A DNA stretch of 64,000 nt from positions 32,001 to 96,000 of IMG/VR virus record IMGVR_UViG_3300021364_000001. One strand, 5' to 3'. The notes under the pieces are model-generated. The model was not told the origin of the DNA. It was given only the letters and a program-made list of their open reading frames with translations, and did no database searches. Positions 37,527 to 47,674 of this stretch are shown in pieces. The number at the start of each line of letters is the position of its first letter. Positions within the stretch are counted from its first letter, which is position 1. A program made the position numbers and the translations under genes. This DNA is from a virus.

Positions 37527-37882
37527 TCTTTCCTCAGAGCATTACGAATTTGTTCAACTTGTTCTGGTGTTGGTTCTTGGTCCACCACAATAGGTTCCTC
37601 GGGCATGTCAGGTACGACCTGTTTAAGTTCTTCCATTGCCAGAGGAACGTTCTCCAACAGTTCTGGATCCTGTTCGAGACGATCCATCTCACCCAACCAA
37701 CCATAGTGATACTTCTTCCACGCTTTGAGCATCTTCTTACGACCCTTAGGATCGTCAGGATACTTGCGTAGAATCTTTTGTAGACCTGTCAGTTTCTTGA
37801 CACCATCTACAATCATACGATCTGTGTTCTTAGATCTACCACCGTTACCAGGACGGTCAGACCAACCAAAACCTTCTGACAT
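37523..37882 (-). CDS. Hypothetical protein
   Basis: 119-aa ORF coupled to both neighbours. Confidence 0.6.
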   Translation of the reverse strand: MSEGFGWSDRPGNGGRSKNTDRMIVDGVKKLTGLQKILRKYPDDPKGRKKMLKAWKKYHYGWLGEMDRLEQDPELLENVPLAMEELKQVVPDMPEEPIVVDQEPTPEQVEQIRNALRKE

Positions 37883-40800
37883 TAGTAAACTTCCTCAATT
37901 TCGATTCTAAATTTAACACGGTCCTTCTTCTTCTGGCAAAGATACCAGATGTTAGAACTCCTGTTGTGCGATTCTTGATAGAACACTGCCTTAGGTGAGT
38001 AAGAGTTGTTGTATCTATCATCAGGATCTTCACCCACAGTTTGTACTCTAATCTTCTTAGGTAATTTATCTGGGTGACCAGGTAAAACATTAGCACCTAC
38101 GTCCCTAGGGTTGTAAGGTGTTACAGAACCTGCCATCGCTGGAAAAGCATCTGCCTCGGCTTCTCGGGGTGGCCATACTAAGTCGAACGTCTGTCCAACA
38201 CCATATGCATACCCTTCATTGAGAACATCCATGATCTCAACACCACATGCCCAGTAGATAGAGTTAGAGTATCTCTGAGTACCCGCAGGCAAGTGAGATG
38301 GCATCACTGTATATGGCCAGAATGCCACACGTATCTTACCACTGCCGCCAGAATCTGTCGAGTTCTGGTTAGCACCATACTCACCCAGTCGATAGTCATG
38401 CATGAATGACATCTTACTGTACTGCCCATTGCCACCCACTGTATTGCCTTTTGGATATCCACTGCCACCTTGGTTGATACCATTAGCATAGTATTGATCA
38501 ATGACACCCATGACGTTGTTGAAATTGGTAGAACTACCTGCCTTGAACTGGGTGAACCATGCCATGAAACCATGGGTGTTAGACATGTGTACATATGTCC
38601 TGAGGTTATCATTATCCAGAACTGGTTTACAGATGAGACCTCTACCATATTCAAACAGTGCATTGTAATAGATACCACGACCACCTCTGACGTTTGGATT
38701 GCCATTGAATTTTCCTTCACCATCGATGTTAGAACTCAGGACATGTCCACGTCGGTTATCATTTCTCTCATAGAAGTTACCGTTGTAACCCTGATTGTCT
38801 GCCCACTCTTGACCATCGTAGTAGATGTCATTCCACTCTACTGACTGACCATTGGTGAGGTTAGCATTAGTATCTAACTGACCCTGATCCCAGACATAAA
38901 CCTTCGGAGTCCATTGTCTTCTAGGTTTATCCCAGAGACGAATAGAAAGTCTCTTGATTCTACCACCAGCAGAGATGCTACCACCAGTGTAGTCACCAAT
39001 CCTAGGACTATTAGAGGTTACCTCAGTCCTACCCATTGCCTCACCTGTGATAGGTGTGGTGCCAATGTCATACTGCCATGGTTTCTCGAAGACTTTATCG
39101 TCTCGGTCATAGATGATCCAGGAGACAGTAGAGATGCCTGCACTAGGACCACGTTTGATATCATCAATCTCAAACTCTAACTTATCGCCCTTGACAACAG
39201 AGAAGTCACCAAAGTTATGACCGATTGCTGGCCATGCTCCGATAGGTCCTTCGTAATTAATGATAGTAGATCCGTTCTTCTTCAACTTGAATCTGAATCT
39301 AATCTCTTCACTCTCAACAGATCGAATGAGGAGACCGAATGCTTTCAGACTGAGGTTAGCAGAGCGTCTACAACGGACAGTTTGTCTCCTGTAAAACTCG
39401 TGAGCATACTCACCACGACATTTACCAGAGTTTGACTGGTACTTCTCAGTGTTCTTATTAGGTGGTGTCTTGGGTCCACACTTAGAACGCATGACCATAC
39501 CCTGCTCAAACGCTTTGTTGAATAGTGGTTCAGAGCATTGATCTCTGACAAGGATGTCAATCAGTTCTGGTTCAGGTGCTGGTCGATCATACACATAGCA
39601 TTCAATACCTTCATACTTCCAAGTGGAACCAGGGTGTGCGACACGGTAGTACAGTTTGAAATCATCATAGTCTTCATCACTATCAGAACCATGAAGATCT
39701 TCCCACCACTGCTCACCAGGACCATGGAACTTCACCTTGTTTCTCTGGTCAGGATTCATCTTCTGGTTAGAGAAGAAGACCCAGTTACCCTCAACAGAGG
39801 CAGGGTGTTGATATGCATTACCATTCTTAGAGAAGGAGATGCTAGATCCATTGCTACCAACACCACCATTACCATCAGGAATCAGGAAGAACAAGATGTC
39901 CTTACCTGCATACTGCTTCAAGGTACTCACAGGGATGGTGTACTGAGTGTACTCAATGTCCCTCGTGGTGTTTGCTTCGATAACTCTCGCCCAGTGGACT
40001 TGACCACCATCTCTATCAGCAATACAGACACCCCAACTATTCTCGTACCCAGCAGATCCTTCCTTCACACTATATTGAATAGTAAAAGGAACATCAGCGT
40101 CACTAGGAATAGTAAATGACTGTCTTTTGTTATCAAACTTAGGCGGCGTCATGCTGCCTTGCATCTTCACAATGGAATACTTGTGATCAGTTGCAGTGCT
40201 GGGTCCAGGTTTGGTGCTACCGATAAACAGAGAAGCATTACAGTCACTACCAGAACCATCAAAGAGACAGAGTTTCTTACCGTTGTCTTGTACGCTAAGA
40301 CCTTGGAGTCCAGTGTAATTAACATTGATAGTCTGACCAGCAGTGACATTCAGAGAGACACCTTTGCTTCCCTTCTCCCCCTTTCGAGTGACAGTTTGTC
40401 CTTGTCCGAAGTCAATGGTCTTGAAGGACACACCCGAGTTACCAGGATCATCATCCCACTGCACGTTGACTTTCAGTTGACCACTACCATTACCACCAAC
40501 AACAATGTTTCCACTGCTGTTGAAGGTCGCACTGATCTCTGCCTTGCCACCGTTGTAGTAACGATGCAGTTCCTGAATCCTTTCACCTTCCAGGAGGTTT
40601 CCAGACGCGAGATCCTTGTTCGGGAACACATACCCCAGAACTATATCAAGCACCTGACCTGCTGCATCCATGGTGGCACGTTCACCAGGACCCTTGGAGT
40701 CAGGAGCACCAGGATTGATGGTCAGGAACGTGTCCTGTGTGGTCTCAGAGTAGGAACGGAACAGGGGCACGGTCCCTTTCACCCTTTCTTTCAGGATATA

Positions 40801-42477
40801 GAAAGCAGGTTCACCTTGGTTGGTGACAGTGTATCCACCCTTATCAGGTTGAGGTGTAAGACCATACCTGTGGTCACTGGTGCTACCACCAGCCTCGATG
40901 ACCTCAACCTTAAAGGTCAGGTCTCTCTTACCAGCGTTGAATGTATGTTCAACCTCTGTACCGATTGCAGGGAGATTGCCTGAGAAACTCTGCACCCACC
41001 ACCTACTATCAAACTCACCACCGTCAGCAACGGATTGAATCTTGACCTGCACTGTGGCACCACCAATGCTTACGTTCTGAGTGAACGTCGTAGCACTGTT
41101 GAAATACTTGTTACCTGCTTCACAGAATACCTTACCACCAGTGTAGTTACCTGCCACATCAGTGGTCTGGATACGCAGGTTGTGCTTCACGAATGAACCA
41201 GTACCATTGCCCAGAGCGTCAGCAACAGGTGTAACCATTACGTTGGGGACACCTGATGTCTTGTACTCGTAAATAGGAATACGTTCTGGGAAGCAGTTAG
41301 CAACACAGATCTTCTTAGTGACTGAGTTCTGACCACGGAAGTAGAAAGTATCACAGTCTGCTGGTGGAGATCTGTATGTACCTGTTGCATATGGTTTGAA
41401 CAAACAGTCTAGATAATTCTTGACGCAGGTCTCCCATTCCTCATCAGGGTTCTTAGGAACACCACCATCATCACAGATAAGTATCTGTCCTTTATTAGGA
41501 CCCTTAATATATTTCCATTGGTTCTTAACCTTAGGATAATTGTGCCTCTTAACAGTGCCTGCTAGTTTTCCAAGTTCCACTTCATTACAGTCGTTTCCCT
41601 CACCAATACCAGGACCAGGATAGGGAGGTTGAGGTGGAACAATAGGACCAGGATTCAGTTCACAGATAGGAAGGTATGGGAACAATTCACACAACCATTC
41701 CCACGGTGGTGGGTCAGGGAAGATAGGAATAGGATTCCTCGGATCAACATCATCAGGTTGTGGTTGAGGAGACGGGACAATCTCAGGATAGCATCGCTGA
41801 ACAATCTCCCTGATGACTTCACCAGGAGGAGTGTATGCAGGATCATCCTGTGGTCCCTTCCTAGGTCTAGGATAGTTAGGACCATCATCTGGTTCCAAGA
41901 AAGGACCAATGGGACCATAGCACTGACCAACCAGATCTCTAATGACATCAGAACCATTAGGGGGAATAGGTTCTAGGTCAATCTCTTTCTTAGGTCTTGG
42001 AAGGTAAGGACCAGGGTCAGGTTTCAGAGTGACAGGTTGACCATCGTAGCAGTTGTCTACGATAGAACGTACCAGGTCACCAGGTTGTGCCGCAGGAGGG
42101 GTGATGAGAGTGCCCTGCCTGGGTCTAGGAGTGCTTACAGCAGGGGTGCCTGCTTCCTGGGGAACGATCGCACGAGGCGGTTCACCAGGGATGTAGCAGT
42201 TACCTACTGTGATTTGAATTGGGTTGACGGGAGCAGGTGGTTCAGGTTCTACACCTCTCCTCGGTCTGGGATAAATGATGTTCCCTCCCACCTGGGGGAG
42301 GGGAGACTCGGGACCATAACATGATCCCACAGTGATACGAACTTGCTCACCAGGTTGTGGCGGTACAATCGCCTGTGGTACTCCTGTCCTTGGTTTGACA
42401 TACTGAGTAGCAGCAGACGTTGTACGCTCTGGTAGAGACGGCGGAGGACCGCTATAACAAGGATTGCCAGCAACCAT
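37882..42477 (-). CDS. Large modular virion-associated protein: Pro-rich CY repeats, DUF5648-like and DUF4114-like modules
   Basis: About six CY...PRP repeats; PLFRSYS...DTFLT and ELHRYYN motifs; WWEDLHGSDSDEDYDDF Ca-binding-like motif; late promoter at 42499-42504. Confidence 0.6.
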   Translation of the reverse strand: MVAGNPCYSGPPPSLPERTTSAATQYVKPRTGVPQAIVPPQPGEQVRITVGSCYGPESPLPQVGGNIIYPRPRRGVEPEPPAPVNPIQITVGNCYIPGEPPRAIVPQEAGTPAVSTPRPRQGTLITPPAAQPGDLVRSIVDNCYDGQPVTLKPDPGPYLPRPKKEIDLEPIPPNGSDVIRDLVGQCYGPIGPFLEPDDGPNYPRPRKGPQDDPAYTPPGEVIREIVQRCYPEIVPSPQPQPDDVDPRNPIPIFPDPPPWEWLCELFPYLPICELNPGPIVPPQPPYPGPGIGEGNDCNEVELGKLAGTVKRHNYPKVKNQWKYIKGPNKGQILICDDGGVPKNPDEEWETCVKNYLDCLFKPYATGTYRSPPADCDTFYFRGQNSVTKKICVANCFPERIPIYEYKTSGVPNVMVTPVADALGNGTGSFVKHNLRIQTTDVAGNYTGGKVFCEAGNKYFNSATTFTQNVSIGGATVQVKIQSVADGGEFDSRWWVQSFSGNLPAIGTEVEHTFNAGKRDLTFKVEVIEAGGSTSDHRYGLTPQPDKGGYTVTNQGEPAFYILKERVKGTVPLFRSYSETTQDTFLTINPGAPDSKGPGERATMDAAGQVLDIVLGYVFPNKDLASGNLLEGERIQELHRYYNGGKAEISATFNSSGNIVVGGNGSGQLKVNVQWDDDPGNSGVSFKTIDFGQGQTVTRKGEKGSKGVSLNVTAGQTINVNYTGLQGLSVQDNGKKLCLFDGSGSDCNASLFIGSTKPGPSTATDHKYSIVKMQGSMTPPKFDNKRQSFTIPSDADVPFTIQYSVKEGSAGYENSWGVCIADRDGGQVHWARVIEANTTRDIEYTQYTIPVSTLKQYAGKDILFFLIPDGNGGVGSNGSSISFSKNGNAYQHPASVEGNWVFFSNQKMNPDQRNKVKFHGPGEQWWEDLHGSDSDEDYDDFKLYYRVAHPGSTWKYEGIECYVYDRPAPEPELIDILVRDQCSEPLFNKAFEQGMVMRSKCGPKTPPNKNTEKYQSNSGKCRGEYAHEFYRRQTVRCRRSANLSLKAFGLLIRSVESEEIRFRFKLKKNGSTIINYEGPIGAWPAIGHNFGDFSVVKGDKLEFEIDDIKRGPSAGISTVSWIIYDRDDKVFEKPWQYDIGTTPITGEAMGRTEVTSNSPRIGDYTGGSISAGGRIKRLSIRLWDKPRRQWTPKVYVWDQGQLDTNANLTNGQSVEWNDIYYDGQEWADNQGYNGNFYERNDNRRGHVLSSNIDGEGKFNGNPNVRGGRGIYYNALFEYGRGLICKPVLDNDNLRTYVHMSNTHGFMAWFTQFKAGSSTNFNNVMGVIDQYYANGINQGGSGYPKGNTVGGNGQYSKMSFMHDYRLGEYGANQNSTDSGGSGKIRVAFWPYTVMPSHLPAGTQRYSNSIYWACGVEIMDVLNEGYAYGVGQTFDLVWPPREAEADAFPAMAGSVTPYNPRDVGANVLPGHPDKLPKKIRVQTVGEDPDDRYNNSYSPKAVFYQESHNRSSNIWYLCQKKKDRVKFRIEIEEVY

Positions 42478-42485
42478 GTATCACT

Positions 42486-43139
42486 TTACTTTACGATGTA
42501 TTTATTCTCTTCCAACCACTCCCTTGTCAGAGGTGTGGGTTCATAGATCTCCCACATTGCACCAGTTGCACATGCTTCTAGTGCCTTTTGTGTCATACCC
42601 TCAGTCTTACCTGCCCAGGTTGCTTCCTTCTCCCATGGTTGTGCATATGCAGGGTAGGTACGCCTGACCATCTCTTGCCAGATCTCAGGAACATCTTCCT
42701 CAGGTAGGATGATAGCGATCATATTATTTTTGATGCTACCTGCCATACAATCTTGTGCAGCGTGCCATCCTTCATGACGTACAACACTCATCAAAATGTG
42801 AGGACGATGTACATATCTCTTGTTGAGATAGAAATGATTACTCACAGTATGGTACACACCACGATGTCCCACTGGGAAGTAACGCTCATCAGCAAGGTGA
42901 ACATCAACACCAATCTGCTTGAAAGCAATCATGATCTGATCAAACTCATCCTTGACTGCATCCCAGTTTGAATCGGGGAATGCATTCATAAGATCTATGG
43001 ACGAGTTGATCTTCTCAACATCCTTGGTACATTCTTTCAGGAGCATACAACCCATGGCATCCATGGTGAAGTATCCCTTAGTAGGTTCTGCCATTGCTGG
43101 TGCTCCCAGCAGTAAAGCAGGTAAAATATATTTGAGCAT
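42486..43139 (-). CDS. Secreted HExxH (zincin-like) protein
   Basis: Signal peptide MLKYILPALLLGAPAMA; VVRHEGWHAAQDC; PWEKEA. Confidence 0.6.
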   Translation of the reverse strand: MLKYILPALLLGAPAMAEPTKGYFTMDAMGCMLLKECTKDVEKINSSIDLMNAFPDSNWDAVKDEFDQIMIAFKQIGVDVHLADERYFPVGHRGVYHTVSNHFYLNKRYVHRPHILMSVVRHEGWHAAQDCMAGSIKNNMIAIILPEEDVPEIWQEMVRRTYPAYAQPWEKEATWAGKTEGMTQKALEACATGAMWEIYEPTPLTREWLEENKYIVK

Positions 43140-43164
43140 AAAAAAGAGGGTCCTAAGACCCTCT
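43140..43164 (-). terminator. Intrinsic terminator after psbD
   Basis: AGAGGGTC-TTAG-GACCCTCT-TTTTT. Confidence 0.75.
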
Positions 43165-43224
43165 GATGATAGCACACACCGTTGGATTTTGCCAACAGTG
43201 TTTAGCGGCGACGATATAAACTAT

Positions 43225-44280
43225 TTATAGAGCGTTTCCACGAGGAAGAACTTCTTCTGGGAAAATAAAGTTCTCATGTGGTTGGTCTACACTGGCCATC
43301 CAGTTACGGAGTCCTTCATTGAGGAGGATGTTTTTCGTGTAGAAGGTTTCAAATTCTGGATCCTCTGCTGCACGAATCTCCTGACTCACAAAATCATATG
43401 CACGAAGGTTGAGTGCGAGTCCGATGATCCCGATAGAGGCAGTCCAAAGACCCATAACAGGAACAAACAGCATGAAAAAATGCAACCAACGCTTATTGCT
43501 AAACGCAATACCGAAAATTTGCGACCAAAAACGATTAGCCGTAACCATTGAATAAGTTTCTTCTTCTTGTGTGCTGTCGAATGCCTTGAATGTGTTTGCT
43601 TGTTCACCATCTTGGTACAGAGTGTTCTCTACTGTAACACCATGGATTGCAGAGAGCAATGCTCCACCCAGGATACCTGCTACTCCCATCATGTGGAAGG
43701 GATTCAGGGTCCAATTATGAAATCCTTGGAGGAAGAGTAGGAAGCGGAAGATTGCTGCGACACCGAAGGATGGAGCAAAGAACCAACTGCTTTGCCCCAG
43801 AGGATAGATGAGGAAAACAGACACAAAGACAGCAATGGGACCAGAGAAAGCAATCGCATTGTAAGGACGGATACCAACGAGACGTGAGATTTCAAACTGA
43901 CGAAGCATGAAACCTATGAGAGCAAAGGCTCCGTGGAGCGCCACAAAATTCCAGAGTCCTCCAAGTTGGAACCACCTGACAAGGCTCCCCTGAGACTCAG
44001 GACCCCAAAGTAGAAGAAGAGAATGACCCATAGCATCAGCAGGCGTTGACACAGCCGCTGTAAGGAAATTAGCACCTTCAAGGTACGAACTTGCAAGTCC
44101 GTGGGTGTACCAACTTGTAACAAATGTCGTGCCCGTAAGCCAGCCACCGATTGCAAGATAAGCAGTGGGAAAAAGAAGAAGTCCAGACCAGCCCACAAAT
44201 ACAAAGCGATCCCGTTTAAGCCAGTCATCAAGGACATCGAACCACCCCCTTGTTGGTTGTTGTAGTGTTGAAGCGACCAT
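43225..44280 (-). CDS. psbD: Photosystem II D2 protein
   Basis: [16 protein letters not shown] ... [10 protein letters not shown]. Confidence 0.99.
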   Translation of the reverse strand: MVASTLQQPTRGWFDVLDDWLKRDRFVFVGWSGLLLFPTAYLAIGGWLTGTTFVTSWYTHGLASSYLEGANFLTAAVSTPADAMGHSLLLLWGPESQGSLVRWFQLGGLWNFVALHGAFALIGFMLRQFEISRLVGIRPYNAIAFSGPIAVFVSVFLIYPLGQSSWFFAPSFGVAAIFRFLLFLQGFHNWTLNPFHMMGVAGILGGALLSAIHGVTVENTLYQDGEQANTFKAFDSTQEEETYSMVTANRFWSQIFGIAFSNKRWLHFFMLFVPVMGLWTASIGIIGLALNLRAYDFVSQEIRAAEDPEFETFYTKNILLNEGLRNWMASVDQPHENFIFPEEVLPRGNAL

Positions 44281-44383
44281 CTTTTCTATCCTTTAAGTAG
44301 TACAGTTGTGGCCAAGTGTCGCGAATAATCTCAGCGAGTTTTGGCGGTGTCTCCGAAGTTATCATAACTTTACATTGTAGGAG

Positions 44384-44410
44384 AAAAAGAAAGGGACCCG
44401 AAGGTCCCTT
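44384..44410 (-). terminator. Intrinsic terminator after psbA (cUUCGg loop)
   Basis: AAGGGACC-TTCG-GGTCCCTT then TCTTTTT. Confidence 0.8.
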
Positions 44411-44452
44411 AGTTGTTTTCTTAATAAACGTCAGTTATTAAGATTCCGAGTA

Positions 44453-45535
44453 TCAACCGATCGCAGGAGCGGTGAGTGCCACAGGAGTGGACTCAGCAGC
44501 AGCGAGGTCGAGAGGGAAGTTGTGAGCATTACGCTCGTGCATGACTTCCATACCCAGACCAGCACGGTTGAGCACATCTGCCCAAGTGTTCAGGACATGA
44601 CCCTGATTGTCTTGGATGGACTGGTTGAAGTTGAAACCGTTCAGGTTGAACGCCATCGTGGACACACCCAGAGCGGTGAACCAGATACCAACAACAGGCC
44701 ATGCTGCGAGGAAGAAGTGCAGCGAGCGAGAGTTGTTGAAGGATGCGTACTGGAAGATCAGACGCCCGAAGTAACCATGAGCAGCGACGATGTTATAGGT
44801 CTCTTCTTCTTGACCAAACTTGTAACCATAGTTCTGTGATTCAGTTTCAGTCGTTTCACGAACGAGCGAAGAAGTAACGAGACTTCCGTGCATAGCAGAG
44901 AAAAGAGATCCACCGAATACCCCAGCAACACCGAGCATGTGGAACGGATGCATAAGGATATTGTGCTCAGCTTGGAAGACCAGCATGTAGTTAAACGTAC
45001 CAGAGATACCAAGAGGCATACCATCAGAAAAACTACCTTGACCAAAGGGGTAGACGAGGAAGACGGCGCTTGCGGCAGCGACGGGAGCGGAGTAAGCAAC
45101 ACAGATCCAAGGGCGCATACCCAGACGATAGGACAATTCCCACTCACGACCCATGTAGCAGAAGACGCCAATGAGGAAGTGGAAGACTACGAGTTGGTAA
45201 GGACCACCGTTATACAACCATTCATCGAGAGAGGCTGCTTCCCAGATGGGATAGAAGTGGAGACCGATAGCATTGGAACTAGGGACAACAGCACCAGAGA
45301 TGATGTTGTTACCGTACATGAGTGAACCAGCAACTGGTTCGCGAATACCGTCAATATCGACGGGGGGTGCTGCGACGAAAGCAGTAATGAAACATACTGT
45401 TGCTGCCAGCAGCGTCGGAATCATCAGGACACCGAACCAACCGACATACAGACGGTTATTGGTGCTTGTGACCCATTCGCAAAATGATTCCCAGGTGGAT
45501 ACGCCACCGCGATTTGAAAGAGTTGAACTTGCCAT
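44453..45535 (-). CDS. psbA: Photosystem II D1 protein (uninterrupted)
   Basis: [15 protein letters not shown] ... [15 protein letters not shown]. Confidence 0.99.
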   Translation of the reverse strand: MASSTLSNRGGVSTWESFCEWVTSTNNRLYVGWFGVLMIPTLLAATVCFITAFVAAPPVDIDGIREPVAGSLMYGNNIISGAVVPSSNAIGLHFYPIWEAASLDEWLYNGGPYQLVVFHFLIGVFCYMGREWELSYRLGMRPWICVAYSAPVAAASAVFLVYPFGQGSFSDGMPLGISGTFNYMLVFQAEHNILMHPFHMLGVAGVFGGSLFSAMHGSLVTSSLVRETTETESQNYGYKFGQEEETYNIVAAHGYFGRLIFQYASFNNSRSLHFFLAAWPVVGIWFTALGVSTMAFNLNGFNFNQSIQDNQGHVLNTWADVLNRAGLGMEVMHERNAHNFPLDLAAAESTPVALTAPAIG

Positions 45536-45549
45536 TGTTAGTGTACTAA

Positions 45550-45656
45550 AAGTAAGACCATCAGGGAAATGGTGGAGTTACTATTTCCTCTGCACCCTTA
45601 GCAGAGGACATGAGAGACTGTTATTTAACGACGCTGTTTAGTCTCGGTAAGGCGTC
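45550..45656 (-). ncRNA. PhotoRC-II-like cis-regulatory RNA in the psbA leader
   Basis: GACGC/GCGTC stem whose loop GAGAC pairs with downstream GTCTC (pseudoknot); CCTCTGC/GCAGAGG hairpin; AGTAA..ACCAT-TTCCCTG-ATGGT..TTACT stem. Matches the recalled motif. Confidence 0.7.
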
Positions 45657-45688
45657 GAGATCACGTTACGTTTCGTAACCTGATCATG

Positions 45689-45696
45689 TATTTATA
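45689..45696 (-). promoter_or_regulatory. Late promoter TATAAATA upstream of the psbA leader
   Basis: Exact match. Confidence 0.65.
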
Positions 45697-45708
45697 TTAC
45701 GGCAAACC

Positions 45709-46002
45709 TCACTCGGTGTCAACCCCTTCTTCGTCGGGATAGACCAGATCATCTTCTGGTCTAGTCTGTCCTGTCTCATGGCAGTAGGACAGGTATGCCT
45801 CATGGACATCCGTGAAGGCACGAGGGTCAGCATGACTGCCTTCATACTTTTTAAGCATACCCTCGCAGGCACCACTCGAAGTGAAGTCATGACAGAATGC
45901 ATAGACAGTCCTGTCCACTTGAACTCCCTTCAAAATAAGAGCAGCCAAACAAAAGCGCCTGTCATCCAGGCGCTCAGGGTTGTATCTCCAATCTTCATTC
46001 AT
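45709..46002 (-). CDS. Hypothetical protein
   Basis: MNEDWRYNPERL...; ATGA-coupled start at 46002. Confidence 0.6.
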   Translation of the reverse strand: MNEDWRYNPERLDDRRFCLAALILKGVQVDRTVYAFCHDFTSSGACEGMLKKYEGSHADPRAFTDVHEAYLSYCHETGQTRPEDDLVYPDEEGVDTE

Positions 46003-46163
46003 AGTGATACACAACGTAGTTCTCGTTTCATTGTAGCATGGGTTTCGCACATTGCATGGCAGAGATGCATATAGAAATCTGCCTTGTGTTTGGTGAGGTT
46101 GGTGTAGTGGACCAGTCGGATCCACTTTCCATCGAGGTTAAATTCTAGTGCGTACCTTTCCAT
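45999..46163 (-). CDS. Small hypothetical protein (54 aa; not in ORF track)
   Basis: MERYALEFNLDGKWIRLVHY...RCVSL; late TAAATA at 46187-46192. Confidence 0.6.
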   Translation of the reverse strand: MERYALEFNLDGKWIRLVHYTNLTKHKADFYMHLCHAMCETHATMKRELRCVSL

Positions 46164-46193
46164 TATCCATGCGTCGTTCGCACAGATATTTAG

Positions 46194-46268
46194 TTACTCA
46201 TCACCTGATTGTGTCATCATTGCTGCCACAAAGAAGGCAACGAAACATATCAAGGCAGTGGGAATCAC
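46194..46268 (-). CDS. Putative 24-aa membrane peptide
   Basis: GTG start overlapping the hli stop (GTGA): MIPTALICFVAFFVAAMMTQSGDE. Confidence 0.4.
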   Translation of the reverse strand: MIPTALICFVAFFVAAMMTQSGDE

Positions 46269-46372
46269 CAGATTCCAGGGATGAGTTGTCCAGTAACAGC
46301 ATAGGATCCCATTGCTGCTACGACTCCAAGCATTGCTGCCCAACCATTAATGCGTTCTGCGTTTTCGTTCAT
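46265..46372 (-). CDS. hli: High-light-inducible protein (35 aa; not in ORF track)
   Basis: MNENAERINGWAAMLGVVAAMGSYAVTGQLIPGIW. Confidence 0.95.
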   Translation of the reverse strand: MNENAERINGWAAMLGVVAAMGSYAVTGQLIPGIW

Positions 46373-46866
46373 TGGTTTTCCTCCAACCATTTTAGTACGT
46401 TTTCAGGGGTGCTGATTTCATAAGGATCGGCAGGGCAGTTACCCACTCGGCCAGGTTCCTCAAACATCTGCTCAATTACTCCATCGTTTACAACCATAGC
46501 ATAACGCCAGGAACGGAAACCGAATCCAAGGTTTGCTTTGTTGACTGACATACCCATGGCATAGGTGAACTCACCACTACCATCAGGAATGTACTTTACA
46601 TTCTTGATCTCTTGATCTCGGAACCATGCATCCATTACAAAAGCATCGTTCACAGAGAGGCAGAAGACATCATCCACATACTTAACAAACTCAGGGTAGA
46701 GTTCTTCGTATCCAGGAAGTTGCTTACTGCTACATGTCGGAGTAAAAGCACCAGGAAGTGAGAAGACTACGACACGCTTGCCAGCAAACAATTTGTCGTA
46801 GGGTACATCAATCCAAGAACCGCTATTGCGATACTTGAAAGTTACATCAGGTACTAGTTGTGTCAT
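46369..46866 (-). CDS. Type II (Prx5-like) peroxiredoxin
   Basis: FSLPGAFTPTCS, SVNDAFVM.AW, RSWRYAM. Confidence 0.92.
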   Translation of the reverse strand: MTQLVPDVTFKYRNSGSWIDVPYDKLFAGKRVVVFSLPGAFTPTCSSKQLPGYEELYPEFVKYVDDVFCLSVNDAFVMDAWFRDQEIKNVKYIPDGSGEFTYAMGMSVNKANLGFGFRSWRYAMVVNDGVIEQMFEEPGRVGNCPADPYEISTPENVLKWLEENQ

Positions 46867-47092
46867 TGATCTTAGATGGTTCAAAAGGTGTACGACTTAC
46901 GTTTTTAATAACGATGAAGGCATCCTTGTTGTACTTACGTGTACCTTTAACGGGTGCCCACTTAGTGCCAGCACCTGGGATCTCATAGACCGAGGTGCCG
47001 CCAATATCAATTCGGATGTCATCGTTGCGAACATCCCAACCGAGTTCGGTTAGGGTTTCAGCGAGACCTTCCTGCGTAAGGGGTTTACTCAT
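46847..47092 (-). CDS. Conserved hypothetical protein
   Basis: 81-aa ORF between hli and prx. Confidence 0.65.
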   Translation of the reverse strand: MSKPLTQEGLAETLTELGWDVRNDDIRIDIGGTSVYEIPGAGTKWAPVKGTRKYNKDAFIVIKNVSRTPFEPSKINDTTST

Positions 47093-47310
47093 TAGATTCC
47101 GAATGCTCCGAAGAAGAATAGACTACCAGTGGTGGCATAAGACACCACGGCAGCAACGAAACCAAGCATAGCAGTGCGACCGTTCAGTTTCTCAGCACGT
47201 TCGGCATGAGACTCTAAACCGTAGCGAGCACGGTCTTCGTCGGTCATGTACATAGCAGGTTCGACTGCAAACATGTTGTTTTGACCGTGCTCGTTAGTTG
47301 TGACTGTCAT
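47092..47310 (-). CDS. hli: High-light-inducible protein
   Basis: NMFAVEPAMY...ERAEKLNGRTAMLGFVAA. Confidence 0.93.
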   Translation of the reverse strand: MTVTTNEHGQNNMFAVEPAMYMTDEDRARYGLESHAERAEKLNGRTAMLGFVAAVVSYATTGSLFFFGAFGI

Positions 47311-47337
47311 GATTGTTAAGAAATGCAACACTTACTA

Positions 47338-47366
47338 ACTATATAGTAAATGTTAAGGTTTGTCAA
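47338..47366 (-). promoter_or_regulatory. Sigma70 promoter TTGACA-N17-TATAGT for the hli-prx-hli operon
   Basis: TTGACA 47366-47361; TATAGT 47343-47338. Confidence 0.8.
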
Positions 47367-47674
47367 CTGAATGTGATGACATCCTGACCGAATTGAGCAA
47401 TGACATCCTGTCCAGCGGCACCAGGCAGAGGAACTTCTCCTGCTGCAACGACGCCAAAGTCCAGTCCCTCAGAGGGGGAGTTCAGGTACTCATAGGAAGG
47501 AGGTTCTTCCTTAGGTGCAGGAAGTGCCTCATAGATTGCCAACCACCCCAGGTATGCTCGCCACACCTCAGTCAAGGTGCCACGGTTGAAGTCAGGGTCA
47601 TCGAGTGCTGCTTTGAGAGCAGACCGCATAGAAAATACAGCGGTCTCGAATTCTACTTTTACATTACGAGTCAT
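47363..47674 (-). CDS. Hypothetical protein
   Basis: 103-aa ORF, coupled. Confidence 0.6.
   Translation of the reverse strand: MTRNVKVEFETAVFSMRSALKAALDDPDFNRGTLTEVWRAYLGWLAIYEALPAPKEEPPSYEYLNSPSEGLDFGVVAAGEVPLPGAAGQDVIAQFGQDVITFS

Noticed and set aside
44453-45535. Intron or homing endonuclease in or near psbA/psbD
   Set aside because: Both ORFs are continuous and of normal length; the 172-bp spacer has no coding capacity.
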